Assembly (NCBI GenBank): GCA_964252035.1
Contig: OZ176205.1
DNA from: Podarcis erhardii
Taxonomy: Eukaryota
Length of the DNA stretch: 64,000 bases
Direction: 5' to 3' (one strand)
Position 1 is the first letter of the stretch; each line of letters starts with the position of its first letter. Shown in pieces: positions 40,411 through 52,696 of this stretch. Both the position numbers and the translations under genes were made by a program. The notes beneath the pieces are model-generated. The model did not search any database. It worked only from the letters and a program-made list of their open reading frames with translations, and was not told where the DNA came from.

Positions 40411-42684
40411 GAAATATTATGTGTTTGGCTCACAAACACAAATAGCAGTTTACAAATGCTGTTCTTCACTTTGAAGCTGATAAAAGTTCAGTATCTCACT
40501 GCTTCACTTTAGCCAATACAATGAGAAGCAACCGTAATTGCCCACATGCCTCTTTCACACGCCCCTCTTCAGGCAGCTAAGTCTCACAAGAGACAATCAT
40601 GTTGGTCAATGCTGTAATTAGAAAATTATTGTGCTATGACTAGGCCTATGTTCTGGACAATCAGGGCCCTCCCTAAAATAAAGAGAATGGATCGTGCCAG
40701 TTGCAAAAGAAATAGACTTTCACCTATTGTCTGATTACACCTCTTAAATATGACGGTGATGACGTGTAACTTTTGTGTGGGACTCTTTCCCCCCTTTCCA
40801 TTCCAGGGATGGGTTGGGCTACACAAGCAAGCATCTTGTTCACAGACATATCTATACAGAGTTGAAGGATTAACATCTTCATTACCACCTGCTGCTGAAG
40901 AGCCTTGACTATACTTAGGTAAACCTGCAGGGGTTTAAACTAGAAAACTGTACATGTATCTTTAACTAAAAGTGAGAAATCAATAACTGCATCTCCTACC
41001 CCATTTTTTTCGTTGGGGTAGATGAACAGGGAGACAGAAGAACCAGCTAGGGTACACAGTGGCTTTCACCCTTTTTTTGCCCTAGGATGTGTAAAGGTAT
41101 GTATCCTACCTCTGGCATAAACTCTCCAGTCTCACCTGAACGAACTGGAGATAAGATTGGGTCAAGAAACAAACGTGTCAAGCAGGGCAAGTGTGGCTTG
41201 TAACACAATGCTCCAGCAGCATGGAGTTTTCCAGCCAGACAGCCATGTCCTCCTTCATGATACTCTGTTGAATAGTATCTCTTCCATTCCCCCTCCCATT
41301 CAGTCTTATCCCTCCACCCCAAGTCAGTATTTTATGGCCACTGAGAATGTTCAGCCTTTTCCCCTAATAATTTTATACTTCTGCAAACCTTGGGGTTTCA
41401 GCAAGTCTCTTGATACCTCCCCCTTGTACATGGATGGTGCAATTTCTACTACATAAGAGATCCACACTCCTAGATTTTGAAAACAGAGGGATTCATGACC
41501 CACTAAGCAACCTATGAATATTGTCGATAAATATAATTTTAGTAGCAGAAACACTAAAGGGCATCGTGGTATGTCTGGTTTGTGTCACCTGTGCCCCATG
41601 ATTCTACTCTGTTCTTGGCACAGCATCTACCATGATTGATTGTTATATTTCTTTCTCTCTGCCTCATTTAATATGTTCCTTTGGCTTGAGCCATTTGGCT
41701 ACTCAAGCTGTTTCCTAGAATATGCTCCCTTGTCTTGCATCAGCAGTCTCTTGGATGAAAGGACACCAAGGAAAGGAAGTAAAGTGTTCAGCAATAAAGA
41801 TGCTGCTGAGGAATGTTCCTTCATTACCATCTAATTGAACGGATGGGTGCTGAGGTCAATGAATACTTTACCTGAGAACTGGTGTGCGCGCACACACACA
41901 CACCTTTTTCTGGGGAATTCTGTAGGCTGTCTATGTGGTGCTTACAAACAGGTTCTATTTGTTTGTTTAGCAGTTACCATTGCTGTGTGAGCCACTTAGT
42001 TTGTTCTAGTGATAGCACTTAAATGACCCTTCATTCTGCAGAATTAGAACCTGAACTTCCTGGTGCACAGCAGTCAAATAAGCCCTGGCCTGAGGTCTTT
42101 GCAGGATTCACTCCTGTAATAGTTGTACGTTTTGTTTTATTTTCATCCCTCCTGGATTTCTGTGCATCTTTCTTTTTGTTTTGGTTTCCAGCTGTTGCAT
42201 TAAATGCTAAGCTTCTGGCGGACACAACGTCAACATGAGCTGTTCCTTGTTGTTTTATTTCAGTTCTGATAAACTCAGTTAACCTTATCCTACTTGCATC
42301 ATGAACTATGGGCACTTCCTTCTCTCTGGACCATGGCAGCTGTATATAAGTGCCAGTGGGGCAGAACATCAAAGGGCATGCTTGGATCTGCATACTCATG
42401 GGCAAGAGACAAGGGCAAAGAAAAGAGCTGTCAACCTGCCACAGAGCTGTAAACAACCTCCAGTGACACCTGCCCATTAGTGAAGGAGACAGTGTGGGAG
42501 CTGGCAACCGGAGTAAGGCTGCTCCCACACAGCTGCATGAGTAACATACCTGAGTAATAACAGCATCCAAAAGGAAACTCACTGCAGCAGGCGTGGCTCA
42601 AATCCCAGGAGGAAAGGAGCACCTTGAATCACATGCCGCCTGCAAAGTCCCCCTAGAGAGAATAACTACAGGGAAGACCTAGAC

Positions 42685-42961
42685 CAGGGGTAGGCCCATG
42701 AGCCACAAGCGGCCCACGGTGGTCATTTAACCGGCCCACGAGCTGCCCCCGAACCGGGCCACCTGCTTGGTGAGCCCCCTGTGCTAAACCGGCTCAGCGT
42801 GGTGCAGGGACTCACTTCTGTGGCACCAGAAATTGTGTCTGCACATACACAGATGCCGGAAATCGCAGATGCGTGCACTCACACGTGCGCACAATCCGGC
42901 CCACAGAGGGATCTCCGCTGGAGTGAACCGGCCCAGGCAAGTTAAACCTTGCCGACCCCTG
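42685..42961. mobile_element. hAT MITE
   Basis: CAGGGGTAGG...GCCGACCCCTG; TSD acctagac / ccctagac. Confidence 0.8.
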
Positions 42962-43991
42962 CCCTAGACAGTCACAAGGAGAACTATGCGTCTTGGGAGC
43001 GGGGACTTAGTAACTGTTGCAGCAAAAGGGTGACCCAGAAAAACGTGAGGGAGAGGATTTTTAAAAATTTCCCACATTGACATATCAGATATATTAGGAG
43101 TACCATCCGCAAAAGCATACAACCTTTCCAGCTCAAAAGAGAGAGAAGCCTTTAACCCTTCTTCAATAACAGGCTTGCTCCATCCTCCATGTGACTGGGT
43201 GTGGAGACTTGGGGGCATGGCAGGGGGTGCCACAACTATGATGTAGAAAGGAAGGCGAGAGGTGGTGGTGGGGTGCTGAATTTTAGCGTTGCACAGGGCG
43301 CCACTGGAATTTGAGACCCAAAGGTCCGCCGCTGTTTCCAGCCCCCAATAAATGCTGCTGAATGTGTGTGAGTCACAGCTATTCTGTAACAATAACAAGA
43401 TTCATTGAGAGATTAAGCATTCTAATAAACATCCTTTTTTTTTTTTAAAGGAAACTATTACAGTTAGTTTACTAACACACCCTGTTTTGGAAGCCAGTGC
43501 AAGACAAGTTAACTATTGTGGAATAAATTAGAACAGTGTAGAGGTGGTGAAGAAGAGCCTTCAGAAATGTACAATGGAAAGAGGGTTTATGGCCAGTGAC
43601 CCCAAACTTGCAGCAATCTATGGTCTACCTCACAGGACTGTTGAGTGTGAAATCTGATTACCTAGAAGCAAGTGCACAATCGTAAGTTAAATTAACTTGT
43701 CTGGAAAGGCCTGTAGGCATCTCTGATGACAGCTCTAGAGGTATAAAAGAGAATTAAATTAAAGGATGTGGAATGCTCCCTTTAGGGAAGGCACTTTAGT
43801 TCAGTGGTGCTCATATGCTTTGAATTGCAGGAAATCTCTGGTTCAGTCCTGGAATCTCCATAATAAGTGATGAAGAAAACCTCTGTCTGGAGAAGAGTGG
43901 CTAGATGAAAAAGAAGACAGGACTTCTGCACTTTTAATACTTGTGTATAAGAGGGAATTTCAACAGGTGCAGGTTTTTCATGCAAGTTTAA

Positions 43992-44351
43992 AGGTAAAGA
44001 TATAGGCATTCTTGACAGTTAGGTCCAGTCGCGAACGACTCTGGGGTTGCGGCGCTCATCTCGCTCTATACGCCAAGGGAACCAACGTTTGTCCGCAGAC
44101 AACTTCTGGGTCATGAGGCCAGCATGACTAAGCCGCTTCTGGTGAACCAGAGCAGCGCACGGAAACGCCGTTTACCTTCCCACCGGAGCAGTACCTATTT
44201 ATCTACTTGCACTTGATGTGCTTTCAAACTGCTAGGTGGGCAGGATCTGGGACTGAACAATGGGAGCTCACTCCGTCGTGGGGATTAGAACCGCCAACCT
44301 TCCAATCGGCAAGCCCTAGGCTTAGGTGTTTAGACCACAGCGCCACCCGTG
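43992..44351 (-). mobile_element. Sauria SINE (Squam1)
   Basis: Diagnostic sequence aggtccagtcgcgaacgactctggggttgcggcgctcatctcgc...acctatttatctacttgcac...tttagaccacagcgccacccg. Confidence 0.92.
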
Positions 44352-44990
44352 CTTTACATTTCCTGAAATTCGGTCTTACATACAACTATTAAAAGTGCAG
44401 GAGCCCTGTACTCTTTTCCTCCTGTCTCACCCTGCCCCCCAGCTACTGATCACAGTAGGCAATGCTGGGCTAGGTGGAGAAAGCATGACCTGGTATAAGG
44501 TAACTTCTTGCACTCCTTGGTAGGAGAACAGGGGTATTACCAGAGTGTGCTCATTTTCATTTATGAAATAGTGAAGGGTAGGTTTTGTTAGATTCCGCAA
44601 TCCCAAATATGAATACTCGTACTGCTTAACTCAGAGGAACCTTATTCTGTGTAAATGTGTTTGGGATTATTTTGTAAGTGTGAGCTGCTCTGAATCAGGA
44701 AGTCCTCAGCTCAGCTTCAAACATGTTAAGGCTGCAATCCTACACACACTCTGTGGAACAATAGGGTTTATTTCTGAGTAAGCATAGGATTTTCCTATTT
44801 ACAGTGCATAGGATTACATTGTAAGTGGCTGCAGGCAAGATCCTGTTTTAGTTCCTACACCTGCAATATAAGGGGAAGGGATATGGTAGTAGTCTAAACC
44901 TTATAGGCCTGTTGTATGTGAAGTTTCTGACTACCTAGAAACAACTGTACAATATCATATTCAAGCAACTTGTTTGGAAAGGTCTGTACG

Positions 44991-45426
44991 TGTAATGAAC
45001 GTATGGGGGTTGCTCGTGCGTAAGATGCTACCATGCCTGGCTAGTTAGCCTGGTTAAACCTTTCCTGACTGGACAGCCCTTCACTTCGTGGCTGTTCAGT
45101 TGCTAGCAGAATCCGTCAGTGGGCGTTTCTTAAACTTCTTCCAGCACAAAAGCTCTTTGACGCCAAGTCTACGCCTACTTTCCCTGCGCGGAAGTCTTCT
45201 GTGCAGGGTGGGTGTGGGCAGAGGAGGACCAGTGCTCTCCCCGCTGGTCTCCAGCGAAGAGTCCTGGAGACCCCTCTCCAATTCCCCCAACCGCCCCCCT
45301 TTATCCCTGGTGTTACGCTGATTTCCTTCCCCAGCCGATGAGTTCCTTCTCTCCCTGCTTGCCCCTTCTCCGGCATCGCTTGGGAGCTCTGCCTCCACTC
45401 CTGGCTCCGATGTCAGTTCCCTGACA
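44991..45426 (-). mobile_element. Solo LTR, 436 bp, probably Ty3/gypsy-type
   Basis: TG...CA termini (TGTAATG...CCCTGACA on plus); 5-bp TSD GTACG at 44986-44990 and 45427-45431; CpG-rich. Orientation and superfamily are inferred from the open minus-strand frame. Confidence 0.7.
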
Positions 45427-45540
45427 GTACGCTTCTGTCATGGCAGTTCAAAAGGTCTAATAAAAGAAGGTTAAAGTATATAGAAAGACATTTCACACAG
45501 AAAATTATATTTACACCTCAAAAAGGACAATGTTGATAAT

Positions 45541-45805
45541 AGACTCATAGAGTTGGAAGGGACCCCAAGAGTCATCTAGTCCAACGGCCTGCAATGCAGG
45601 AATCTCAACCAAAGCACGCATGACAGATCTGAATAGGATTCAGAAAAGGGCCGTCCCAATGGTAAAGGGATTGGAGCAACTCCCCTATGAAAACAATTAT
45701 AGCATTTGGGGCTTTTCAGTTTAGAAAAAAATGTGAGAAAAAGGAGACATGATAGAGGTGTATAACTTTTTTTGTGGCATGGAGAAAGTGGATAGGAGAA
45801 AAAAA
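45541..45805. mobile_element. Two CR1 fragments: inverted tail at 45541-45628 and plus-strand ORF2 C-terminus at 45640-45805
   Basis: catagagttggaagggacccc...; degenerate QKRA..MVKGLEQLPYE...GLFSLEK...GDMIEVY. Confidence 0.7.
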
Positions 45806-46527
45806 AAGTAAGTGAATAGGGAAAAGATAATATTAGTAGGACTGGTCCAATACATTTTGGCACCTGAGGCAAACCACAAAATGGTGCGCCCCACCCGGCC
45901 AGGGAATAAAGAAAGAGTGAAGAACTACATCAGCAACCAGAGGGAAAATCAAATCAGCTTTACCCAATGATTGAACTGGGACCCAAAGGCCATGGGAGGT
46001 GGGGGGGGCCCTCTGAACCATGCAGGGTGAGTGCAGAGCCTAAGAGACCCCAGAAGGCAGCCCCAACCATTTCCTCCTTAGGGGTGGGAGGAGACCAGCA
46101 GTGCCTCCTATTGCCAACACACCACTTTGGAAGCGGCCTGGCAGAGGGCTGCTGAGGAGGCGGCAGATGTAGCCTCCAAGGAGTGTGCTACCACCCCCCT
46201 CTGGATCCTGCCACCTGAGGTGGTTGCCTCACCTGGCCGTATAACTGAGCCTGCCCTGAATATTAGAACCAGTTGCTGGGAATCACAAGTGGGGAGATGG
46301 CTGTTGCGCTCAGGTCCAGCCCACAGGCCTCCCAAAGGTATCTGGTTGGCTCCTGTGAAAACAGATGCTAGACTAGGTGAGCCTTTGGTCTGATCTGGTA
46401 GAGCTCTTATTATGTGTTTAGAAAAGACACACAAGTAGCATAGGCAACATACTTTTGTTTCTTGCTCCATTTTGTTTCCATAACCTTCATGTGCTTTCGT
46501 ATAATGGCCTCAGCCTTAGCCTTAGAC

Positions 46528-46834
46528 CAGGGGTCAGCAAGGTTTATCTTGCCTGGGCTGGATTGGTCCCATGGAGATCCCTCTGTGGGCCGGATCATGC
46601 ATGCACGTGAGTGCACGCGCCTATGATTTTTGGCATCTGCATGTGTGCACATGTGATTTTCGGTGTCTGCGCATGCGCAGACGCAATTTTCGGCGCCACG
46701 GAAGCGAGTCGCCGTGCTGCGCCGGTTTAGAGCAGCACAAGAGCAGGCGGCTTAGTTGGGAGGCAGCTCATGGGCCAGTCAAACAACCTCTGTGTGCCGC
46801 TTCTGGCCCATGGGCCTTAGGTTGCTGACACCTG
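46528..46834. mobile_element. hAT MITE, related to 42685-42961
   Basis: CAGGGGTCAGCAA...TTGCTGACACCTG; perfect TSD CCTTAGAC. Confidence 0.88.
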
Positions 46835-47512
46835 CCTTAGACTATCCAGGGCTTCTGCACTTTTATGCAGAAGAGGGCATTTCAGTAGATGTAGCTTAAC
46901 ATGCAAACTTACATTTAATTAAAGTTGGTTAAAGTGAAGTATTGTGGATGTAGGATCATTTTCATCTTTCACCTGGCCACCTTGCTCAGCCTATAGCAAC
47001 CAAACAGCAGTCCAGAAGCTACTAGCTGAACTCAGATCAGATGCATTTAGCCTATCTATCAAACTATATTGGTTTATTGTGCTCTGTTGTACTTAGGATG
47101 TTGAGTGATCCCCACTGCCATGTGTGCATAAGGTCTGACTAGGAGGATGTGAGCCAGCCCTTTGCTTCCATCACTGTTTCTTTCTCTGACTGCCAGACCA
47201 GACCTTAGTAGGCTCGTTCATACCACAGAACACTGATCTAGAATGGTAAGGTGTTTTTATTAGGTAGTTCTCTATCTGAAAGATGAAGAACCATAAAAAG
47301 GGAGAGCAGGGACACTGAAGTTGCCCATGGACATTAGCACCTAAGGTCAGCAGACTAAGCAGGCACCCAGGTGACTTGGTCAAATTCTTCTATGCTATAG
47401 CAAAATGTATTGCATTTTGATTCAAATTATAGCAATTATTTATAAAATGTCCATCTCTACCTGTAAAGTAGCATATGGAAATTTTATATAAATTTCCATA
47501 TGCTAATATATC

Positions 47513-47551
<39 letters not shown>
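47513..47551. repeat. (TCTA)n microsatellite
   Basis: Direct inspection. Confidence 0.9.
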
Positions 47552-47552
<1 letters not shown>

Positions 47553-48256
47553 ATCTGTGTCCTTCTTTTAGGTGATTCATTTACTTTTTTCAGTGATGTG
47601 TATGTGGCTGCCAAACATTCCTCTATACCTATCTGACAACAGAAGCTATTTAGATTCTATTTGCCTCTCTTTGCTGTGTTGCTTCTGGACCAAAGGTGAG
47701 ATGTCAGTGCCCTGGACAGAACAGTTCCTAGTTGCAAGATAGAGAATCTGCAGTACAGTATGGAAGGTAGTTCAAGTTTGGTGGCACCTTTTTCACGCAA
47801 CTCCTGCTTTCCAGAATTTGTCAGCTGTGGCTGTAAAGTTGAGTATAACAACAGACCTAGTTAAAGAAAGGTTGCTAGGCTATGTGATGACTCAAACCTG
47901 AGCTGGCAGAACAGGTCTTGGGCTGGTACCGTTCACTTGCCCATGCATGTGAGGGAGCAGTGAGTGGCCCCAATCCCTGCCTCTCCCAGGACCTGAGCTA
48001 CCTTTAACTTCCCTTTCTCCTTTCCTGCATGACCCTAGCACTTGGGCTAGGTCTGGGCTAGCCCATCTAAGTCAAGCAGACCACGATCTCCAGTGGGCTC
48101 AGGGGGAAAACCCATGTCCACGACTACCTGGATCTGATACCTTCAAAGCAATGTGATGAATGAGATATGTCCTAACAGCTTTGCAACATATAGCCAACTT
48201 CCAGGAACTGCTATATTTTTCCAGAGTTGCACAGAGGTGATCAAGCACTATTAACT

Positions 48257-48345
48257 ATGTAATTCTAAACATGCCTACTCAAGAATAAATCACACTGAGT
48301 TCAATGGGACTGACTCTAACGTAATTGTGTTTAGGATTGCAGCCA
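48257..48345. repeat. Old ~85-bp hairpin repeat family (GGCTGCAATCCTA...TAGGATTGCAGCC type); other copies near 6500, 11800, 19680, 19820-19870/25421-25440, 34815-34881/35108-35135 and 44730
   Basis: Recurring arms ctaaacatg..tactc..aagtaa...actga.ttcaatgggact.actc...taggattgcagcc. Confidence 0.6.
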
Positions 48346-49267
48346 AAGAGATCGACTGCAGCTCAGTTCAGACTGGAATTTAGAGCCAAACAGAGCAAAC
48401 TGTACCGGTATATAGAATTCTAAAATTCTATATACCTTGAACATTCACAATTTAAGAAAGTGGCCAGAAAAAGTACAAAATGCCTGGTCTGGTTTTACTG
48501 ATTTTGCTGCCAGCGTGGTTCATAAGTGGGAAATGTTATATTGATGTTAATATGTAGTTAACGGAGAGATAGTGTACCAAGGGGTCGAAATCAGGGAAAG
48601 AAGAAAAGCCTATTATTTGAATTTTCAGTTGTTGGCAAGTTTGTCTCTGCCAGTTAGTTCTTTTTAGAAATATCAACTTCTTTGTACCAATTTCTCTACA
48701 CTGCCAGTTACTTAACAGAACCCAAAGCAAGCTCACACTATTGTGTAACATGGACCTACTGAACTGGACCACATACAAATCATAGATCATTATCAGTTAT
48801 TAATATCTGCAGTCCCAGCAACTACCTGGCTGGTTGCTACAGTCTTATTCAATGTCTGGTGTACCCAGTCCCTTAGGAAAATAAATGAACAACAGCTCAT
48901 AAGGAGGGCTCTCTCCTTTTTCTTCACGCTGGACTCCGACTTTGTTTGCTCCTGCCATGCTCTTTTCCATATTCCCTGGTCTCTACTGAAATGTATTTCA
49001 TATTCAGATACATTTGTTGTCTTTGACAGCAGCACTCATGCACAGTCAGACCAGGAAACTGGAACAAGAATGACCAGATTGTATCTTAAAACTGGTTATT
49101 TTCCAATTAGAAAGCAAGACCCAGTAATTAACTCAGAGAGAAATTAACCCAAGGATGGAAATTAGGCTCCTGCTACAAAACATACATCAGATAGTCAACA
49201 AGTAGGAACATAGAACAGATGTTTCTGTACAAGTAGGACTATAGAACAGAGGTTTCTCTAGGTTCTA

Positions 49268-49955
49268 CTAGCGGGGAGTGCCCTGTGCTGCCCAGGAATT
49301 TGTAGAAATAAAAAAAAATGGTCTGATAGTGTAATTTGTGAGTTTGGACCATCTTGGGAGTTTCCACCATCTTGATTCAAAATGGTGTCTGGCATCCAAA
49401 TGTTGATGATGATGAAGAAGAAGAGTTTGGATTTGATATCCCGCCTTTCACTCCCCTTCAGGAGTCTCAAAGCGGCTAACAATCTCCTTTCCCTTCCTCC
49501 CCCACAACAAACACTCTGTGAGGTGAGTGGGACTGAGAGTCTTCAAAGAAGTGTGACTGGCCCAAGGTCACCTAGCAGCTGCATGTGGAGGAGCGGAGAC
49601 GCGAACCCGGTTCCCCAGATTATGAGACTACCGCTCTTAACCACTACACCACACACACTCTCACTACACCACACTGGCTCACTTTATGATGAAGTTCCCC
49701 ACCCCCCACCTTTGAAACCCTTGTGCCAAGTTTGGTAATGATATCTCAAGAGGCAGCCAAACCTATGCCAAAAAACGAGCAGTCACACCAAAGTCATAGT
49801 TCATTCTATCTTGTTCCAAAATGGTCCCTGGGATCCCAACATCAATGAAAACTGCCTCCCCCACCTCAGGAAGCCTTGTGCCGAGTTTGGCAACGGTGGC
49901 CAAACCTATAGAGAACAGATGAACAGACAGAACCACTTTCCAATATATATAATAC
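49268..49955 (-). mobile_element. Probable non-autonomous Helitron interrupted by a SINE
   Basis: Minus strand begins with a TATATAT-rich end, contains subterminal repeats (cttgtgcc.agtttgg twice) and ends in a GC hairpin (cctgggcagcacagg) plus CTAG|T. Confidence 0.5.
49404..49681 (-). mobile_element. Young Squam3-like SINE with a locally duplicated A-box
   Basis: Reverse complement of 38048-38310; cactacaccacac occurs twice (49642-49654 and 49662-49674). Confidence 0.8.
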
Positions 49956-50029
49956 ATTATTTATTTCTGTACACTACCTAGGTATTCCCTGAATGTTTAT
50001 AAGTTCTGAAATAAGTAAAATGAATGAAT

Positions 50030-51536
50030 GAGGCGTGTGTGGCAGGAGTTAAAAAGGCAGAACCGGAGGCAGCGCTTCAGGGAATCATGCGGCTGCATGT
50101 CAGCAGTCAAGATGGCGGAAGCAGCAGCAGCACTGGCCCCGACGACATCCGTGGAAGTGCGGCTCCCAGTTCCCCGCCCTCAGCTGGCTCAGAGCTTCTC
50201 CAGCAGGGCGGACAAGTGGGACAAGGACTGGTGGCCCCAGGGGACACCATCACCACTGACCCAGGATACATGAGAGGCCACGGAACATACCTGGGAGAAG
50301 AGAAGTGCATTGCCTCTGTGGCTGGTGTTGTGGACAGGGTGAACAAGCTGGTCTGTGTGAAAACTTTGAAAATGAGATACAACGGCGAAGTCAGTGATAT
50401 TGTGGTTGGACGATTCACAGAGGTTCAGCAGAAACAGTGGAAAGTCGAGACCAATTCCAGGCTGGATTCTGTCTTGCTCCTTTCATCCATGAATCTTCCA
50501 GGAGGGGAGCTGAGGCGGAGATCAGCAGAGGATAAACTGGCAATGCGAGATTACCTGCAGGAAGGGGACCTTATCGGTGCAGAAGTCCAAGTGGTGTTCT
50601 CTGATGGGGCTGTATCGCTGCACACACGGAGTCTGAAATACAGAAAGCTTGGCTAAGGTGTGCTCGTCCAGGTGTCCCCTTCCCTTGTGAAGCGGCAGAA
50701 GACCCATTTCTATTATTTGATTTGTGGGGCTTCCGTTATCCTTGGCAACAATGGGTTCATCTGGATCTACCCAACACCCAAACAGAAGGATGAGGAGGCT
50801 GGAGCATTCATCACCAACCTGGAGCCAGTGCCCTTGCCTGACTGTGAAGTGATTTCCCAACTCCGGAACTGTGTTGTGGCTCTGGCAGAGCAGAAACTGA
50901 TGCTCTATGACACCAGCATCCTATACTGCTATGAGGCCTCCCTTTCTCCTGAGATCAAGGACCTTCTCAAGCCAGAGGTGATGGAGAAGATTGTGCTGAA
51001 GATGCGTCAGAGACTGCTGGAACTGGAGGGGTGATTGGAGAAGGAAAGTGGTGAGGCAGTGATGGTCATTTCCTTTCAGGGATCTAGCCTCCCCAAGGTT
51101 CTTTTTTTCCAGTGTGAGATTTCATTACAAATCCTATACCGAATAGAAAAACGGGGAACTGTGGAAGCGATGAGAACTTTTGCTTTAATAATCTTGGTAT
51201 CCTTTGTTAACCTGTGGCCCGCCCAATGAGGCTAGACTACAATTCACACACACCCAACCACCAGCTGTACCTACAGGGGCTGATAAGTTGGGTTCCAGCA
51301 GGATAGGAGTCCAACAGCTTCTCAATGGCTACTGCTTCCTCAGCCCCTGACCTAACCGAAATGCAGAATCACATTCCTCTACATGTAGTCAGCATTGTAA
51401 AAAGCATCTATGATACTGTGGATGCTTCAAGCTATGTGTGTGCATGCAGGCGGAATCCTTCCTTCCTTCCTTCCTTCCTTCCTTCCTTCCTTTTTACTGG
51501 AGATATTTCAATAAACTTTAGTTGTTAAAAAATAAT
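50030..51536 (+). pseudogene. EXOSC2: Processed pseudogene (retrocopy) of exosome component 2 / RRP4
   Basis: Intronless match to EXOSC2 (VRLPV; LVAPGDTITTD.GYMRGHGTY; VGRFTEVQQKQWKVETNSRLDSVLLLSSMNLPGGELRRRSAED; ILGNNGFIWIYP; RQRLLELEG*). ATG at 50112, frameshift near 50190-50228, CAA>TAA at 50654, normal stop at 51032-51034. AATAAA at 51510 then an A-rich tail at 51527; candidate TSD AATGAATGAAT at 50019-50029 and 51537-51547. Confidence 0.95.
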
Positions 51537-52617
51537 AATGAATGAATAAATGACGTAAGGATAAAGATATCCCAGATGGGGATAACTTCTAGGATTGACC
51601 TGATATGGGGTGAGGGGGTGGTGGTGCATCAGATTAACCCATCTCATCTGTTTCTTTTCAGCCTGTGGATGATGGGAGTTTGACAACTTCTAGAAGGCCA
51701 TTATTAGCCACCTGTGCCATACAGATTACTATCCAATTAGCCTTATAAGGACTTCTTCCCTTTTCAATAATTGCTTGATCCTTTCTTTAGGCCTGTTGAA
51801 CTTGTTTACGTTGATTAAATGTCCTAGATAGATAATGTGGTTCTGACACCATTGGCTCCCTTGTCTCTGGCACAGAGGAGACATTTGATCTCATTTGGCA
51901 CAAGGAGCCCTTTCCATCACCTGTCCTAACCAACGATTGCTTCACACGCCTCTTCAGATAGAGCTTGTTCATACTTCTACCTGTGCTGTGCTTAGGTTTG
52001 CCTCTTTTCCCAGGGAAAATCTGCTCTTCAGTGCTGAATTGGAGCTAGTGTCCATCAGGAGAAAACCTGAATTGCTGTTTGAGCACTAAACAGTGGTTTC
52101 CCTGGCGGAACGCAGTGGGGCAAAGCAGCAGGGCAAGAGGAAGTGTGGATAAGCCCATGCTTGAAAAAGACTTGCTCTGATGCAGCTCAGATGCTCTTCT
52201 TTGAAACATAGTCACATTGCCAAGTCCTTACCATCTCCTTCTCTTAGACAACAGAGCTCACTGCGCACTTTGACAAAACACATGCACATCTACAGACATT
52301 TACTTCACACCTGTAGAATCTCTATGTATTTTTTAAAATTAAGATTTACCAATTCCTACTTGCCCCAAGTTATGGTCCTGACATGCACATTGTTCTGTTT
52401 CTCTAAGAGTTGCTTGCAGTTAGTAATGGAGTCAAGAGGCTACTGCATTGAAAAGGACACTAGCTATCAGGACACCAGCTATTAGCCATAATAATTGCTC
52501 TGAACCCTGAGTGTCCCTTTAACTCCATTTCCTGGTTGACCAATGCTTGGAACTACTGATGGATCTTCCAGTGATCTAAATCGATTTCAGAACAACCTAC
52601 CATGTTGGGCAAAATAT

Positions 52618-52696
52618 TCCTGCATCTCAGGGGATTGGACTTGATGACCCTTGTGGTCCCTTCCAACTCTATAGTTCTATGATTTCATGATTCTAC
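52618..52696 (+). mobile_element. CR1 3' end
   Basis: ttcctgcat..caggggattggacttgatgacccttgtggtcccttccaactctat..ttctatgatt. Confidence 0.8.

Noticed and set aside
50024-51034. Functional EXOSC2 gene
   Set aside because: No introns, a frameshift after the true ATG, an in-frame TAA and a tail remnant indicate a processed pseudogene.
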